Assembly (NCBI GenBank): GCA_008632985.1
Contig: QPGO01000128.1
Location: 1 to 64,000 of the forward strand
Direction: 5' to 3'
DNA length: 64,000 bases
Source of the DNA: Psammoneis japonica
Taxonomy: Eukaryota
A model generated the notes under the pieces. It searched no databases and was not told where the DNA came from. It saw only the letters and a program-made list of their open reading frames with translations. Both the position numbers and the translations under genes were made by a program. Below are positions 50,770 to 61,697 of the stretch, one piece after another. The first letter of the stretch is position 1. Each line of letters starts with the position of its first letter.

Positions 50770-51320
50770 GAACACTTGGTTTCCCACAAAGCAGACAATG
50801 TCATCATCCAGTTCTTCAATCATGGTGAACAAGCTGCGCCCACCAATGTGGTGCCCAGTTCTTGCAGGGCACCAAAGGCAATGAGTTGAATGAAGGGATG
50901 GATTTTTCCACTCTTCCTTTGCAGCTGCCAACCATGACAATGCCCCCCACTTGTGACAAACCAAAGTCATCCACTTCAGTGTGTGTTTCTTGAGCAGTCA
51001 TTTGCACTTGAACACCTTCTTCTGCCAAAGGCAGAGCTTGTGCCAGTTGTTTGCACAATTCTCAAAATGAGCCCTTCAGTGTGGTTGAGATTGGGGTCAA
51101 CCACACAAGGTTTGCAGAACATGGCCCTGCCATTTGGTGGGAGGAGTCAGCAATGAAATGAGGCATGCAGTGTTTGCAGGAGTGGTCCGCTGAAAACAAC
51201 AATGGCAACAGAACAAAAGCCATTTTTGTGTGTGAGCAAGAGCAAGAATGATTGGAAGAAAGGGATCAGCGCCCACTGCAGGGGCAAGTGGCACCTGCTC
51301 CTTCTTGTTCTCATCATGGT
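50770..51320 (-). pseudogene. HCF101: HCF101-like pseudogene, copy B (5-prime part only); block 46590-47720 is duplicated at about 50770-51730
   Basis: CKQLAQALP..VQMTAQETHTEVDDFGLSQVG..VGSCKGRVEKS, then SLFTMIEELDDDIVCFVGNQ. DNA aligns with copy A and its upstream flank. Confidence 0.7.
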
Positions 51321-52409
51321 GGCTTGATTGTTGAAAAAGAATGTGCTTGCTGCTCTCATCTCATGTGACCTGGCCATGTTGAGATGAGGGGGGTTGACAA
51401 AAAAGCCAGCACAATTGCAGGTGACACCAAGCTGCTTTGATGCACAAGAGCTCAGCTGATTTAGAGACAGCGTTGCACAGCAATGGCCTTCTTTGGGCCC
51501 TCCAGCACACAGCTGCAGTCTTTGTCATGGGGAAAGAAGCACAAAAAACACAAGTTGCTTCTTGGCTTCACCACCAAACTGATCTGACTCCAACCAACCA
51601 AAAATCTGCTGGTCCGCTGCACACACAAACACCGCTGGCAACAGAGGAGTGCAGATTGTGATGTGAGTGGTGTTGCACCAGGAGCCAACAAAAAAGCAAA
51701 CAAACTCAGCTCCTGGACTTGCCTTCAAGCAACTGGTGTTGCTTTGCTCGCACGACTTCTTGCGGTGATCTGACTCCAGGAGCAGGCAACCAGAGCAGGG
51801 ATGGGAGGACTTTGCCACCACAGCTGGCCCCTTTCCATTCCCAAGCTGGAACGGCAGCATGGCCAGAGGGACGGAGAGGTGGCGGCACTTTTAGACTGTC
51901 CATTTGGCTTGCTGCCAAAGCTCTTCGAAAGAATGAGCAAAGCAGCTCGCTTCCAAAAGCCAGCTGAAACATGCTCAATGATGACGACGATGCGGGGAGT
52001 GATTTTCAGTTGCGTCATCAACTGGCACTGAGAGGTCATCTCCCCATGTCGGTCTTTACGAGGCCAGTGGATGAAATGAGCCCAGAAAGCAGAGAAGAAC
52101 AATCAACTGTTGTCAACACGATCACCAATTATGACCAACGAAGAACAATTCCATGACACCCCATGACACATTGGACGTGAGACGGACAGACTCTCTCTAA
52201 AAATACGACCGACATGTTGCTGACAGACGGTCAGATCGTCACAATTCATTCGCTCCATAAAACGAACGAAACGTGACGCGCTTCCCTCACTGTTGCTTGT
52301 TGCTTGTTGCACTCCGCAAAATGGAAAAGAAATATCATCGTACTCGACACCGGAAGCAAAGGCTCTTCTCATAGTGCATTTTAAAACAAACGTCCAATAG
52401 AGCCGCACC

Positions 52410-53171
52410 ATGGAAGATGAACCCGTTGCCGATGCGATTGCGGTAGACGCTGAACCTGTTATTGTCGACGCGATTCCGGTAGAGGACGAGCCTCTGGCAG
52501 GTCTTCCCTTGCTCCCCACCACTCTGGACGAGGTATTGGGCACAACGACTCCAGAGGCCCTTCAAATCCACACGGATTTACGAAACTCGATCGACAACTT
52601 GACTAATCTGGCCGCCTGTAAGAATTTCTTTGATGACGCCGCTTTTGCCCAGGTCGTGCATATCTTGCGTTCATCTCAATCCTTCCGCATTCCGCCGCCA
52701 GCGGTCGCTCAATCACGCGAAGAATGGGCCCGTGCTTGGGCCACAAGTCTACACAATGAGAGCGAGGAGGCGTGGGCGCTCAACAATTGTCGCAAAACCG
52801 CCCTCAAACTCCTCTTTAAAGTCTGCAATATAGCTGCTGAATCGGACGAATCCGAAGAGGCCCAGGTTCAACAAATCGCGAGAGTCTTTGAAAAGCGCCG
52901 ACTCGATGACATTATCTATCCTTGTTTGGTGATGGATCGATTCAATTGTTTGTACAACATGAAAGTGACGAGCACCTTCGAGTTAGGATTGGGGTGGTAC
53001 GCGGAAGGTGACGAAGCAACATATCAAGGTTTGCGCAATCCTCCATTGCCACTCAATTCATCGGGCCATACCATTAACAAACGTTTCAAGCGACTGCAAC
53101 ACCTGTATCCGGAAAATGACATGGTGCATCGTTGGTTAAAAGTTGCTGCCCCAGAGCGTCTGACTCAATAG
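52410..53171 (+). CDS. Hypothetical protein (253 aa) in a normal-composition island
   Basis: Uninterrupted ATG-TAG ORF with normal Tyr and TA content and an acidic N-terminal repeat (EPVADAIAV/EPVIVDAIPV). No family recognised. Confidence 0.65.
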   Translation: MEDEPVADAIAVDAEPVIVDAIPVEDEPLAGLPLLPTTLDEVLGTTTPEALQIHTDLRNSIDNLTNLAACKNFFDDAAFAQVVHILRSSQSFRIPPPAVAQSREEWARAWATSLHNESEEAWALNNCRKTALKLLFKVCNIAAESDESEEAQVQQIARVFEKRRLDDIIYPCLVMDRFNCLYNMKVTSTFELGLGWYAEGDEATYQGLRNPPLPLNSSGHTINKRFKRLQHLYPENDMVHRWLKVAAPERLTQ

Positions 53172-53359
53172 AGAATTGGTTAGAAGTAGCGGCCCAGATC
53201 ATCTGACTCCTTAATTACAGAATCAGTCTAGATGTTGTGTAACTCCTACTCTAGAGTAGAGACACTTGAAAAACTAAAACTGAGATAAGGAGTCTGTCTA
53301 GATTTGCAACTCCCACTAGAGAGACTTGATGAATAAAAAGTGTGCATTAACCTTTCTGC

Positions 53360-56320
53360 CAGGGGATCTGTTTGCACTGATGCTTCTTTTGGCGGTGGCT
53401 GGTTCAACAGACTCTCAATCGCGCAGCAGCCAGCACTGAAGCTCAAGCCGGCAGATGAAGCCTTCCATTGAACATGATTGGTGGGCACTCAGCAAAAGTG
53501 CTCTGTCTGTCACCACACATTTGTTTGCATGGCTGCTGTAAAAAACCATAAATCTTGTTTACAGTGCTGCTGTGCTGTTGTCCAGCAAGCTGCCTGGTGT
53601 GCAGGCCTGCTGTCAGCGAACCAGCCAGCAGGGAAATGGCAAACTCACACTCATTGTTCCTGCCACAAAAACACATGCCCAAGCACTTAATTCAAGTGGG
53701 CTTGAGCCCATGCCAACCAGAGCAGAGAGGTGCTTTCATGGTGCAATGCTGGCTGCCACAGGGCTTCACATGGGGTTCATGCCACCACAAGTCATGATGG
53801 AGCGAGTGACAGAGAAAGAGTGCCTCTCAAATCTGTGGCAAAAGTGCCACGCAGCCACATGCTGCTGTTGATGGCTTCAGTGAATTGATGCAACCATGGC
53901 ACCTTCCACAAAGCATCACATTGAGCATGAAACTCTTCCAGCAGCAACTCTTTGTCAACAAGGGAAGACCAAATGGCAAGGATGCAATCCGCTCCTCAAG
54001 AGATGCAAAGTTGAGCTGGCTCAGGGTGTTCATGATTGAAATTCTGCTGCACTTTTTGGCTGTGGTGGGGCCACATGAGTGGATCAACAGTCAGTCCTTC
54101 CGTGGCAGACTGTGACATGATGACTTGCAATGCAACTCTGCCCCTCATCTGGTGCAACAGTTGCCTGACATTTCCAGCACCGCCACCCCTTCCTTCCAAG
54201 AATGTGCACTTGTTGGTGCAAGGATGAGCTGTTGTGAATCTGATGAGACAATGACAGAGATGATGTCCAGCAACAAAGACAGTGCAGTCTTGTCGGCTGC
54301 AGCTGTGGATGCAGTTGATGAGGGCATGTTCATGGAAGGATGACTCATTCAATGAGGAAGTGACCAAGGACAGATTTTTGTTGGCTGAAGTGCTGGTCTG
54401 GTTTAACAGCAACTCATTGCTCATCAGCATTTTGTTTGACAAAGGTGAGTTCTGCATTTGTCAAGCACAGCAAGAGCCGCGCATCAGCTGGGGTTGCATT
54501 GATTCACTGAGAGGAGGCAGTCAACAGTGGGGCCACACACATCCCTTCAAAGACTCTCAACTTGTTTTGCTTTGCATCTGGCAAAATGTTGATTTGCATC
54601 ACATCCCTCTCACTTTTTGTTTTGTTTCTTGCACAGGTGTGTTGCTTGGTGCAGCCATCTCAGTCAACGTGTCCTTCATTGTTGTTGCCACCACAGCTGA
54701 GCTCACTCAAAAACAGAACAACAGCCTGTGGCACCAACCAGCCAACAACAACAACAACAACAACAACAGCCCAAAAAAACAATGAGTGCCGCCACCAGCA
54801 CATTCACCAACATGGTTCTTGGGTGGGTGCACCAGCACCTCTGTGGCTTTTGCCTTTTTTTGGATGCAAACAAAGGCGACAAGAAAACATGCCTTTTTCC
54901 CAGCAACAAGAGGATGATCCTCCTTGCAGTGGCACTGAGCCACTTGCTCAAGAATTTTGATGTTTGAACGGGTGTGATGTGTGTTTTCTTGGCAGCATGC
55001 CCCCACAGGAGCTCACCCATCTTCGCTCAGTCTTGTTCTTGTGGCTGTTCTGGCCAATCTGTCTGTGTCTCCCCCCTGCCCCTGCCCTGACCCCAAATGG
55101 ACCAGAGACAGACGGGTGAGATAAAGTTGGGGTTTGGGGCTGACCACTTTCAAAATGACCAAATTTGCAAGCGGTCTTTGTGTGCGAAATGGAGCGCAAT
55201 GACTTTCACACATGGTTGGGTTTTCACAAAAATTGCCATGTTTGCCCATGCAACATTTCAAATTTTGCACTGTCTTGGTCATTTTTGGGTTGGGATGACA
55301 TTGACTCCTGGCCAATCGATTGGCTGTTTTTCTGTTTTGAGGTCATTCATTTCCTGCCATCACAAGCTTCTTCCTGGGACAAAGTCCCTTTCTTGTTGTC
55401 ACTGCTGCAAACAGAACTGCATGAACCCAGGAGTTGTCTCTGCAGTCAAAATGTTGTTGTTGACAACTGGGCTCTCTGAGGCAAAGTGGCCTCTGTGTCA
55501 AACAAAAAGATGCCTCATCTTTTCATTCAAACACTGGAACTTCAGCAAAATGCATCACTCAGCTTGTTGTGGTTGTGGACAGGGGTGACAAGGTCCAATT
55601 CTTTGGGCGCACCTTCTTGACAAGGATGTGAGGAATGGATTGCTGGAAGATCAAGTTTCTTGACTTTCAGATGTTGCCATGAAGATCCGCCAGAGGAGAA
55701 TGGCTGGCCTGCTGTCAGGACTTGTCTGATCACAGCCAATGAATGAAAACACCATGGAAAACCACATCTTTGGCTTTGTCAGTTCGTTGAGAACTGGGCA
55801 AAACAAAGCCCAAAGACAACAAGCACAACAAGACACAAGACAGAGCAGCATGTTGCCAATGATGGTGCATTGTGTGATGTTGTGTGCACGCTCCACCTGT
55901 TGCACACCTGGCCATTTGTGGGCGCTGCCAGCACCATCATCAAGTTGATCAGAGAGGCACATGATGGAAGACGATGCTGATGGGACATTTTACAAAACTC
56001 ACATGGATGTCACAAAGTTGCAGCTTGCTGGTGATGAATGTCCAAACAAAACAAAAGAGCATTGCAGACATGTCCTTTTCCCTGACATTTTTTGATGAAC
56101 AACACGCTGACGTCATTTGTGCGTGTTGTTTGAAGCATCTGACATTTTTGCTCAATGTTTGCAAATGAAGAGACAATGAGACACAGCCATTCAGCGAAGC
56201 GTCCAGTTTGCAGTGATTGCTGCTGGTTCCCACCTTGTGCACTGTACCAGATGCCAGATCTGGGATTTTGACATTTTTTGAAAAGAGATTCCTGTTCACT
56301 CTTCGTCGAGCTCTGGGAAA
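53360..56320. other. TpA-erased domain 5; contains a copy (about 55060-55470) of 49360-49640 and 50030-50150
   Basis: TA is scarce. AAGTTGGGGTTTGGGGCTGACCAC and AAAATGACCAAATTTGCA are shared with 49420-49470. Confidence 0.88.
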
Positions 56321-56469
56321 GACATAAAGTCCGGGCATTGGCACTCAACGGCTTCCCAACGGTCACAAAAATGCACAAACAGCCCGCAGCAACACGAAAG
56401 ACGAAAGGTGAAAGGTGACGACATTATCAACATTGGCACCGCCCAACAACAACAACAATACAGCAGACA

Positions 56470-58040
56470 ATGTTGAGACCATCACGCAAGCAAAGATCCA
56501 ATGGCAGACACAACGAATCCCAAAAAAGTAGTCATCATGCATTCATTGATGACGATGCGTCGGGAAAGAAAAAGGCGTTCTTATCCAACTCGACCATGGG
56601 ATTTGCCTTTATCGCCGTGTTGCTCTTGACGGTATTGGTCAATTATCAAAGTAGTAGTCGAACTCATCATTATCGTCGCATTAATTCTGTGATGGATGTC
56701 ATTCCATACAAGAGCATTGACGAATTGTCGAATACTGATGTATCCGAAACTACTCAACAACATCGGATTCGCAATTTGCTCTTGACACCACAACAAGACG
56801 AGGAATTGGAAATCAACAAGGACGGTATTGGTTCGCATTTGGTCTTTAGTACAGACTGTTCGTCGTATCAACATTGGCAATCTTATTTAGTGTTTTATTC
56901 GGCTCTACGAGTCAAACAACCGGGACACGTGACACGCATAGTTTCGGGATGCAATCCGGAACAAAGCCAACAAATGATGGATTGGTTTCAAAAACACATA
57001 CAACACATGTCTCCCAAGCGCTTTCATGTTCACTTGACTCCACACTTTTCCAAAACGGCCACGGGTGGGGATTACAAATTTTACAACAAACCCTTTGGAT
57101 TGCAACATTGGTTACAGCACTCGGAAGAACTCATGAAAAAGAAGAATGATGATGATTTGGTCATTTTGATTGATCCCGACATGGTCTTGTTGCGACCCAT
57201 TACGGGTGATTTTTCCAATCCATCCGAAACAATAGTCTCCAAGCGTCGTGCTCAACACAAGCCTTTTGATTCCATGGTGGTACAACACGGCAAACCCTTT
57301 GCACAAACGTACGGTATGGGAACCCAATGGATGAAATTTAATTTAACCAAAATTGCCGGACCGGATTCACCCTCTCTCAAGGTACAACAATTGGAAGCCG
57401 GCATGTGGTATCCGGCGGGACCGCCGTATATTGCTACTTTACAAGACATGGACAAGATTGCCAATGCGTGGGTGGAATTTGTGCCAAAAGTCCACGAGGA
57501 ATACCCACACTTGTTGGGAGAAATGTTTGCCTATTGCATTGCCGCGGCACACTTGGAATTGCCACACAAATTGATTGATTCACTCATGGTGTCCAATAGC
57601 AATGTCGGTGGAGAAGCGTGGGAATTGGTCGATCGTATTGGCAACGATCAAGTTTGTAAAGTGGCAGCAACAGCAGGAGCCTCGCAGCATTCCAACAACA
57701 ATACATCAAGACCCTTGCCATCGGTGATTCATTATTGTCAACGCTATGCGGTGGGCGACGATTGGTTTTTTGCAAAACGCCGTATCCCACACGACGTGTT
57801 TTCGTGTCCACACGCCTTGTTGCGAGAACCACCGTCCGATTTGGCAACACGCTACGACTACAAGAAACCACCGGGTCAAACGGAACGGACCTATTTCCAA
57901 AAACCAGAATTGGCGGGACGGGAAGCCTTTTGTGTTGTGGCATGACGGCCATTTTGAATGAGGCGGCAACCTTTTACAAACACTTTGCGTGTAGTTCTGG
58001 CGAAACGGCAAATTTGAAAAAGACCTTTGTGTTGAAATAA
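56470..58040 (+). CDS. Hydroxyproline O-arabinosyltransferase / peptidyl-serine galactosyltransferase-like (HPAT/SGT1) type II membrane GT; probable 1-nt indel near 57935
   Basis: N-terminal TM; HLVFSTDCSSYQHWQ, QPGHVTRIVSGC, YNKPFGLQHWL, DPDMVL, GPPY, EMFAYCIAAAHL, IHYCQRY. The continuation CGMTAILNEAATFYK lies in another frame. Confidence 0.85.
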
Positions 58041-58132
58041 TCATAATAGCATACAGTACGTATACAGAGGATAACTTGCTACAGTACAGCTACAAAAAAC
58101 ATACAACACCTACTTCATAACATACTTCTTTT

Positions 58133-59328
58133 TCATTCGTCATTCATTTTGGTAAAGAGTTTCAATGGCGGAGCATTGGAATCAATCAAGATTTCATCAC
58201 CCAACTCAACATTATGTGTCAAATGCGATCCATCAATAAAGATTCGTCCCTTTTGTGAATTCCATCGCAAATGCATTTTTCGTCCTTGTAACAAACCGTT
58301 ATTGATGCAATCCTTTTTTGTTTCCGAGGATGAAGTTGCGCCGCCGCCTTCAATCATGTGTTCACGGATGAGATATTGTAAATCATGAGAATCTTCCGGC
58401 ATGGGTTTTCCACCGGCTGCCGCCATGGCGGCGGTCGATCCCGTGGCGGTACACAACCACATGCCCGAACTCCATACATTGAGACTGTCTTGTACGTCGT
58501 AGGCGTTACGACCAAACCGTGTGACCGTGCCGTATTGAGTCGATTTGGGCAAGTTTTTTGTTTCATCCACGGTTGTTGTTGGTTGTTGCGCGATTATGTT
58601 GTTAGTATTGACTTTATGAAGCCACCCCATACGGAATCGACTCACGGCTGCCGGACTGGGATTGGCAATGAGCAAATCATTGAGTGCGGGAACGAGACGT
58701 GTTTCGGAAAAGGTCGATTTGACAACGCAATGGATCCGCGTCCGTTCCGTCACGTCCGCACCACCATACAAGACCTTTTCAGACCCACCGTCAAGTTATT
58801 GGCCGTCACAAGACAGAGTGCTCCGTGCGAACGTCGTTCGTCCGATTTTTTCTTGACACCCACCGATCGGTCTTCTTCGGAAATGGGATCGGAATTGATC
58901 CCCAACAGCGGGATGGTGCCGTGATCTAAAAAGTGTGCACTGCTCAACACGGTCCCATCACCACCGACCGCCACCATTAGATCGACATTCGATAAGTGTT
59001 GACGATCCAATTCGACCCGATTGACACAGGAAAAATTGACACGGTGTTTTCGTAAATGATCCAACAAATCATTGACACATTGCTTATGAGACTTGTACCG
59101 ACTCTCGAGACGTTTCCAACGCAAGGCCTTCGGTGCTTGGCCTCGTAATTTTAGCTATAATAATAAAAATATAAAAAGATAAAGTTGAGTGAGTGTCAAC
59201 AAAAAATATAAAAAAAACAGAACAGTACAAGAGCAAAATCAAAAAGAGTTGCACACCTGAGAGTATTCTTCGTATGCCGTCTGCTTGATGACCACCAGCA
59301 AATTTCGAAAGCGAGGAGTCAAAGACAT
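58133..59328 (-). CDS. ATP-NAD(H) kinase (NADK3-like), exon 1 59328-59257, intron 59256-59155, probable 1-nt indel near 58778
   Basis: VAVGGDGTVL, LGINSDP, RRSHGALC, ALNDLLIA, SSGMWLCTATGSTAAMAAAGG, IFIDG. Confidence 0.92.
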
Positions 59329-60181
59329 GGTAAACACATACACAACAAGGAGGGGGGTTGAACTATATATGTGTGAGCTTGTATCTTGTATAACAGAGTG
59401 ATTTTAGAAAGGTGCGTTGGATGATTGCGTTCTCATTGTTGTTGTTGCGGCGTTGATTGCACCAAAAATCTTTTTGCGACGTGGCTTCCTTTCGCGCGAT
59501 CGAGGGAGTCGCGCGAAGAAAGCCCGCGCGCCCGCGCGACTCGCCACCGCCGATCGAGCTCATCAGAGCTGCCAGCACAATAAAAAATACCTTGACCCAG
59601 CCATGATGACGATGAAAAATCATCATGATGTTATTTTGCGTGCAGTGTGTTTTGGTGCAACTCTCTCTACTCTAGAGAGAGTAAAGTAGCTACTAGAGAG
59701 TACTCTTTGTGCATTCATAGGAGGAGTCTTTGTCTCAATGGGCAAGAACTTTGGAGGTTTTGAATGATGCCGTTTAAAAGAAAAAACACAAAACTCCATT
59801 TCGCTCTGTCCAGAAATGAGGGCTGCTCCAACGGCATGACGCAATGACGACCTGACCCCGACATGGGAAACCTGCATGTGGGAAACCTGTGATGACAGCT
59901 CACAAAAGCTCACCCAAAAACTCTTTCTAGAGTTCCTGTCATTCCCCGCAGTGAGAGAAGGAGAGATGAATTATCATGCCGTTGCATCATTCTTTCTCAA
60001 GAGTCAAGAGTTGAAGCTTTGAGCTTGACTGCTCCAGCCGTTGCTTCCTCATCATCAAGTTGGAGCTGGACGATTCTGTGGGTTGCAGCCTTCCTCATCC
60101 TGTTGGTGTGATGATTCATGATTATCCCCAGCGTTTCGTGCTTTGACGACTCCCTTACATTGTCGGCTCATTTCGTGCATC

Positions 60182-60521
60182 GACGACCCAATTCGATTCA
60201 TGTATTGACAATACAGTTCCAATGGAGTGCAAAAGAAGAGTCGATTCGGGCTTGGAAAATGTCATTTGATGACCCAATTCGATTCATAAATCGACAATAA
60301 CAGTTGCAATGGGGTGCAACGAAGAATCGATTCGTGCTTGGTAAATGTAATCCGATGACCCAATTCGATATTCGTGCAATATAGTTTCAACGAGATGCAA
60401 CAAAGGTTCGATTCGTGCTTGGAAAAAAACGTAATAGACGATCCAATTCGATTCGTGCATCGAAAATACAGTTCCAATGGGGTGCAACGAAGAATCGATT
60501 CGTGCTTGGATAAAATGTAAT
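60182..60521. repeat. Minisatellite, 4 diverged units of about 83-86 bp, just upstream of the 60612 ORF
   Basis: GA(C/T)GA(C/T)CCAATTCGAT at 60182, 60268, 60354 and 60437. Each unit also has TCGATTCG(T/G)GCTTGG. Confidence 0.9.
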
Positions 60522-60611
60522 GAACGAATCAACAACAAAAGATCTTCACTCACATTTTTTGTCACTTTTTCAGCTCAAGCTCCTTCAACACGTGAGACCG
60601 TTCTATCCACC

Positions 60612-61697
60612 ATGGATGCTACCATTGACACTCCTCAAGCTCTGGACCGCCCTCGTGTTTTAAGTGACATTGAGGTCAACGCCTTTCTCAATGTCTTGTT
60701 TGATGGAGAAAAGAGCAACGACGAGTCTCCGTCTTCTGTAGATAAGGCGATTGAGTTGGATCCGGAACTCCGTCGCCTAAATCGAGAGGCGGAAACAGAG
60801 CTACTTGTGGCTCGCTCCGAATGGAGGAGGGCACTCGACGAGAAGATGCTGTCGCAGTCCATTGGTAGCCGCGTTCATGCCGAGATCAATGGCGAAGTCG
60901 AAGGAGCCGGTTTCTGGTATGCGCGTGGCTACAGGTACTTGTTTTCACCCGAATTCCAGGCTGCATGGAATTCCAAGAGCTATGGCAGGATCGTTGCAGA
61001 TCTCGTGACGGAGCTGGGCATTGGCGCAGGGATTGATCAACTACGAGACAGCTTGAAGTCGGGTCTCGATAGACTCATGGCTGGGCTGGAGAGCACGAAC
61101 GCCAGATGTGCCATCCCCGTGATTCTCCTGTTCCTCATGATGTACGTGACGCTTCCCAGAGGAAGCAGGTCTTGGTCGGGAATTCCGATGAACCTTCTCA
61201 TGGCATCGTTGAAGACGGCCGTTTTCTACTATACCTCTGTTTGGGTAGGAATCCCTCTCATGTTTATGGTAGACCACTACAATGAAGCTCGCCAAGATCT
61301 CTCGAATGCTGGATACGAAGGACGCATCTGGCTGGCGGCACTCAAGAGTGCCCTTAAGAGCTCCTTCGTGGGCACCGTGCACAGGAGTGTGCTTGGAGGA
61401 GGAGGAGTGGGAGAGATGAATTTTGATCCCGCTGTTCTTCACCCGGACTGCTTTTGCCATGAGAGCTTCACGGATGTCTTTGGTGATCTAGAAGTCATGA
61501 GCGACCCTGTCTTCTTGCATGGCTTCCAGATGGAACGTGAGTTTGCCACGACCATTGTTCGTCAGGGACTCCCGCATCCCATCACCAGGAAACGCATCTT
61601 GCTTGCTCACATCCTGGAACCAACCCCTGAATACAAGCGCCTGCATCAGGAGTACATTCGTCAACGTGACGCCGTGATCCGTGACCATGTGTTCTAA
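60612..61697 (+). CDS. Membrane protein with a C-terminal U-box-like domain
   Basis: ATG at 60612; hydrophobic segments AIPVILLFLMMYV and AVFYYTSVWVGIPLMFMV; C-terminal EVMSDPVFLHGFQMEREF...HPITRKRI...LEPTPEYKRLHQEY resembles the U-box pattern. Confidence 0.6.
   Translation: MDATIDTPQALDRPRVLSDIEVNAFLNVLFDGEKSNDESPSSVDKAIELDPELRRLNREAETELLVARSEWRRALDEKMLSQSIGSRVHAEINGEVEGAGFWYARGYRYLFSPEFQAAWNSKSYGRIVADLVTELGIGAGIDQLRDSLKSGLDRLMAGLESTNARCAIPVILLFLMMYVTLPRGSRSWSGIPMNLLMASLKTAVFYYTSVWVGIPLMFMVDHYNEARQDLSNAGYEGRIWLAALKSALKSSFVGTVHRSVLGGGGVGEMNFDPAVLHPDCFCHESFTDVFGDLEVMSDPVFLHGFQMEREFATTIVRQGLPHPITRKRILLAHILEPTPEYKRLHQEYIRQRDAVIRDHVF

Larger units (their letters stand above)
34960..52120. other. 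TpA-erased domain 4 (about 17 kb) of decayed duplicated segments and host-gene copies
   Basis: About 40 TA by eye in 17 kb, CG strongly reduced, multiple internal repeats. Confidence 0.92.

Noticed and set aside
34960..52120. Dense Cys/His-rich ORFs in all six frames as novel small metal-binding proteins
   Set aside because: They result from loss of TAA/TAG stops and excess TG/CA; there is no coherent coding signal.
53289..53320. GGAGT...ACTCC followed by CTAG as a Helitron 3-prime end
   Set aside because: The stem is only 5 bp and CTAG is followed by A rather than T.
60182..60521. CRISPR-like array
   Set aside because: The whole unit repeats with no unique spacers, there are no cas genes, and the context is eukaryotic.
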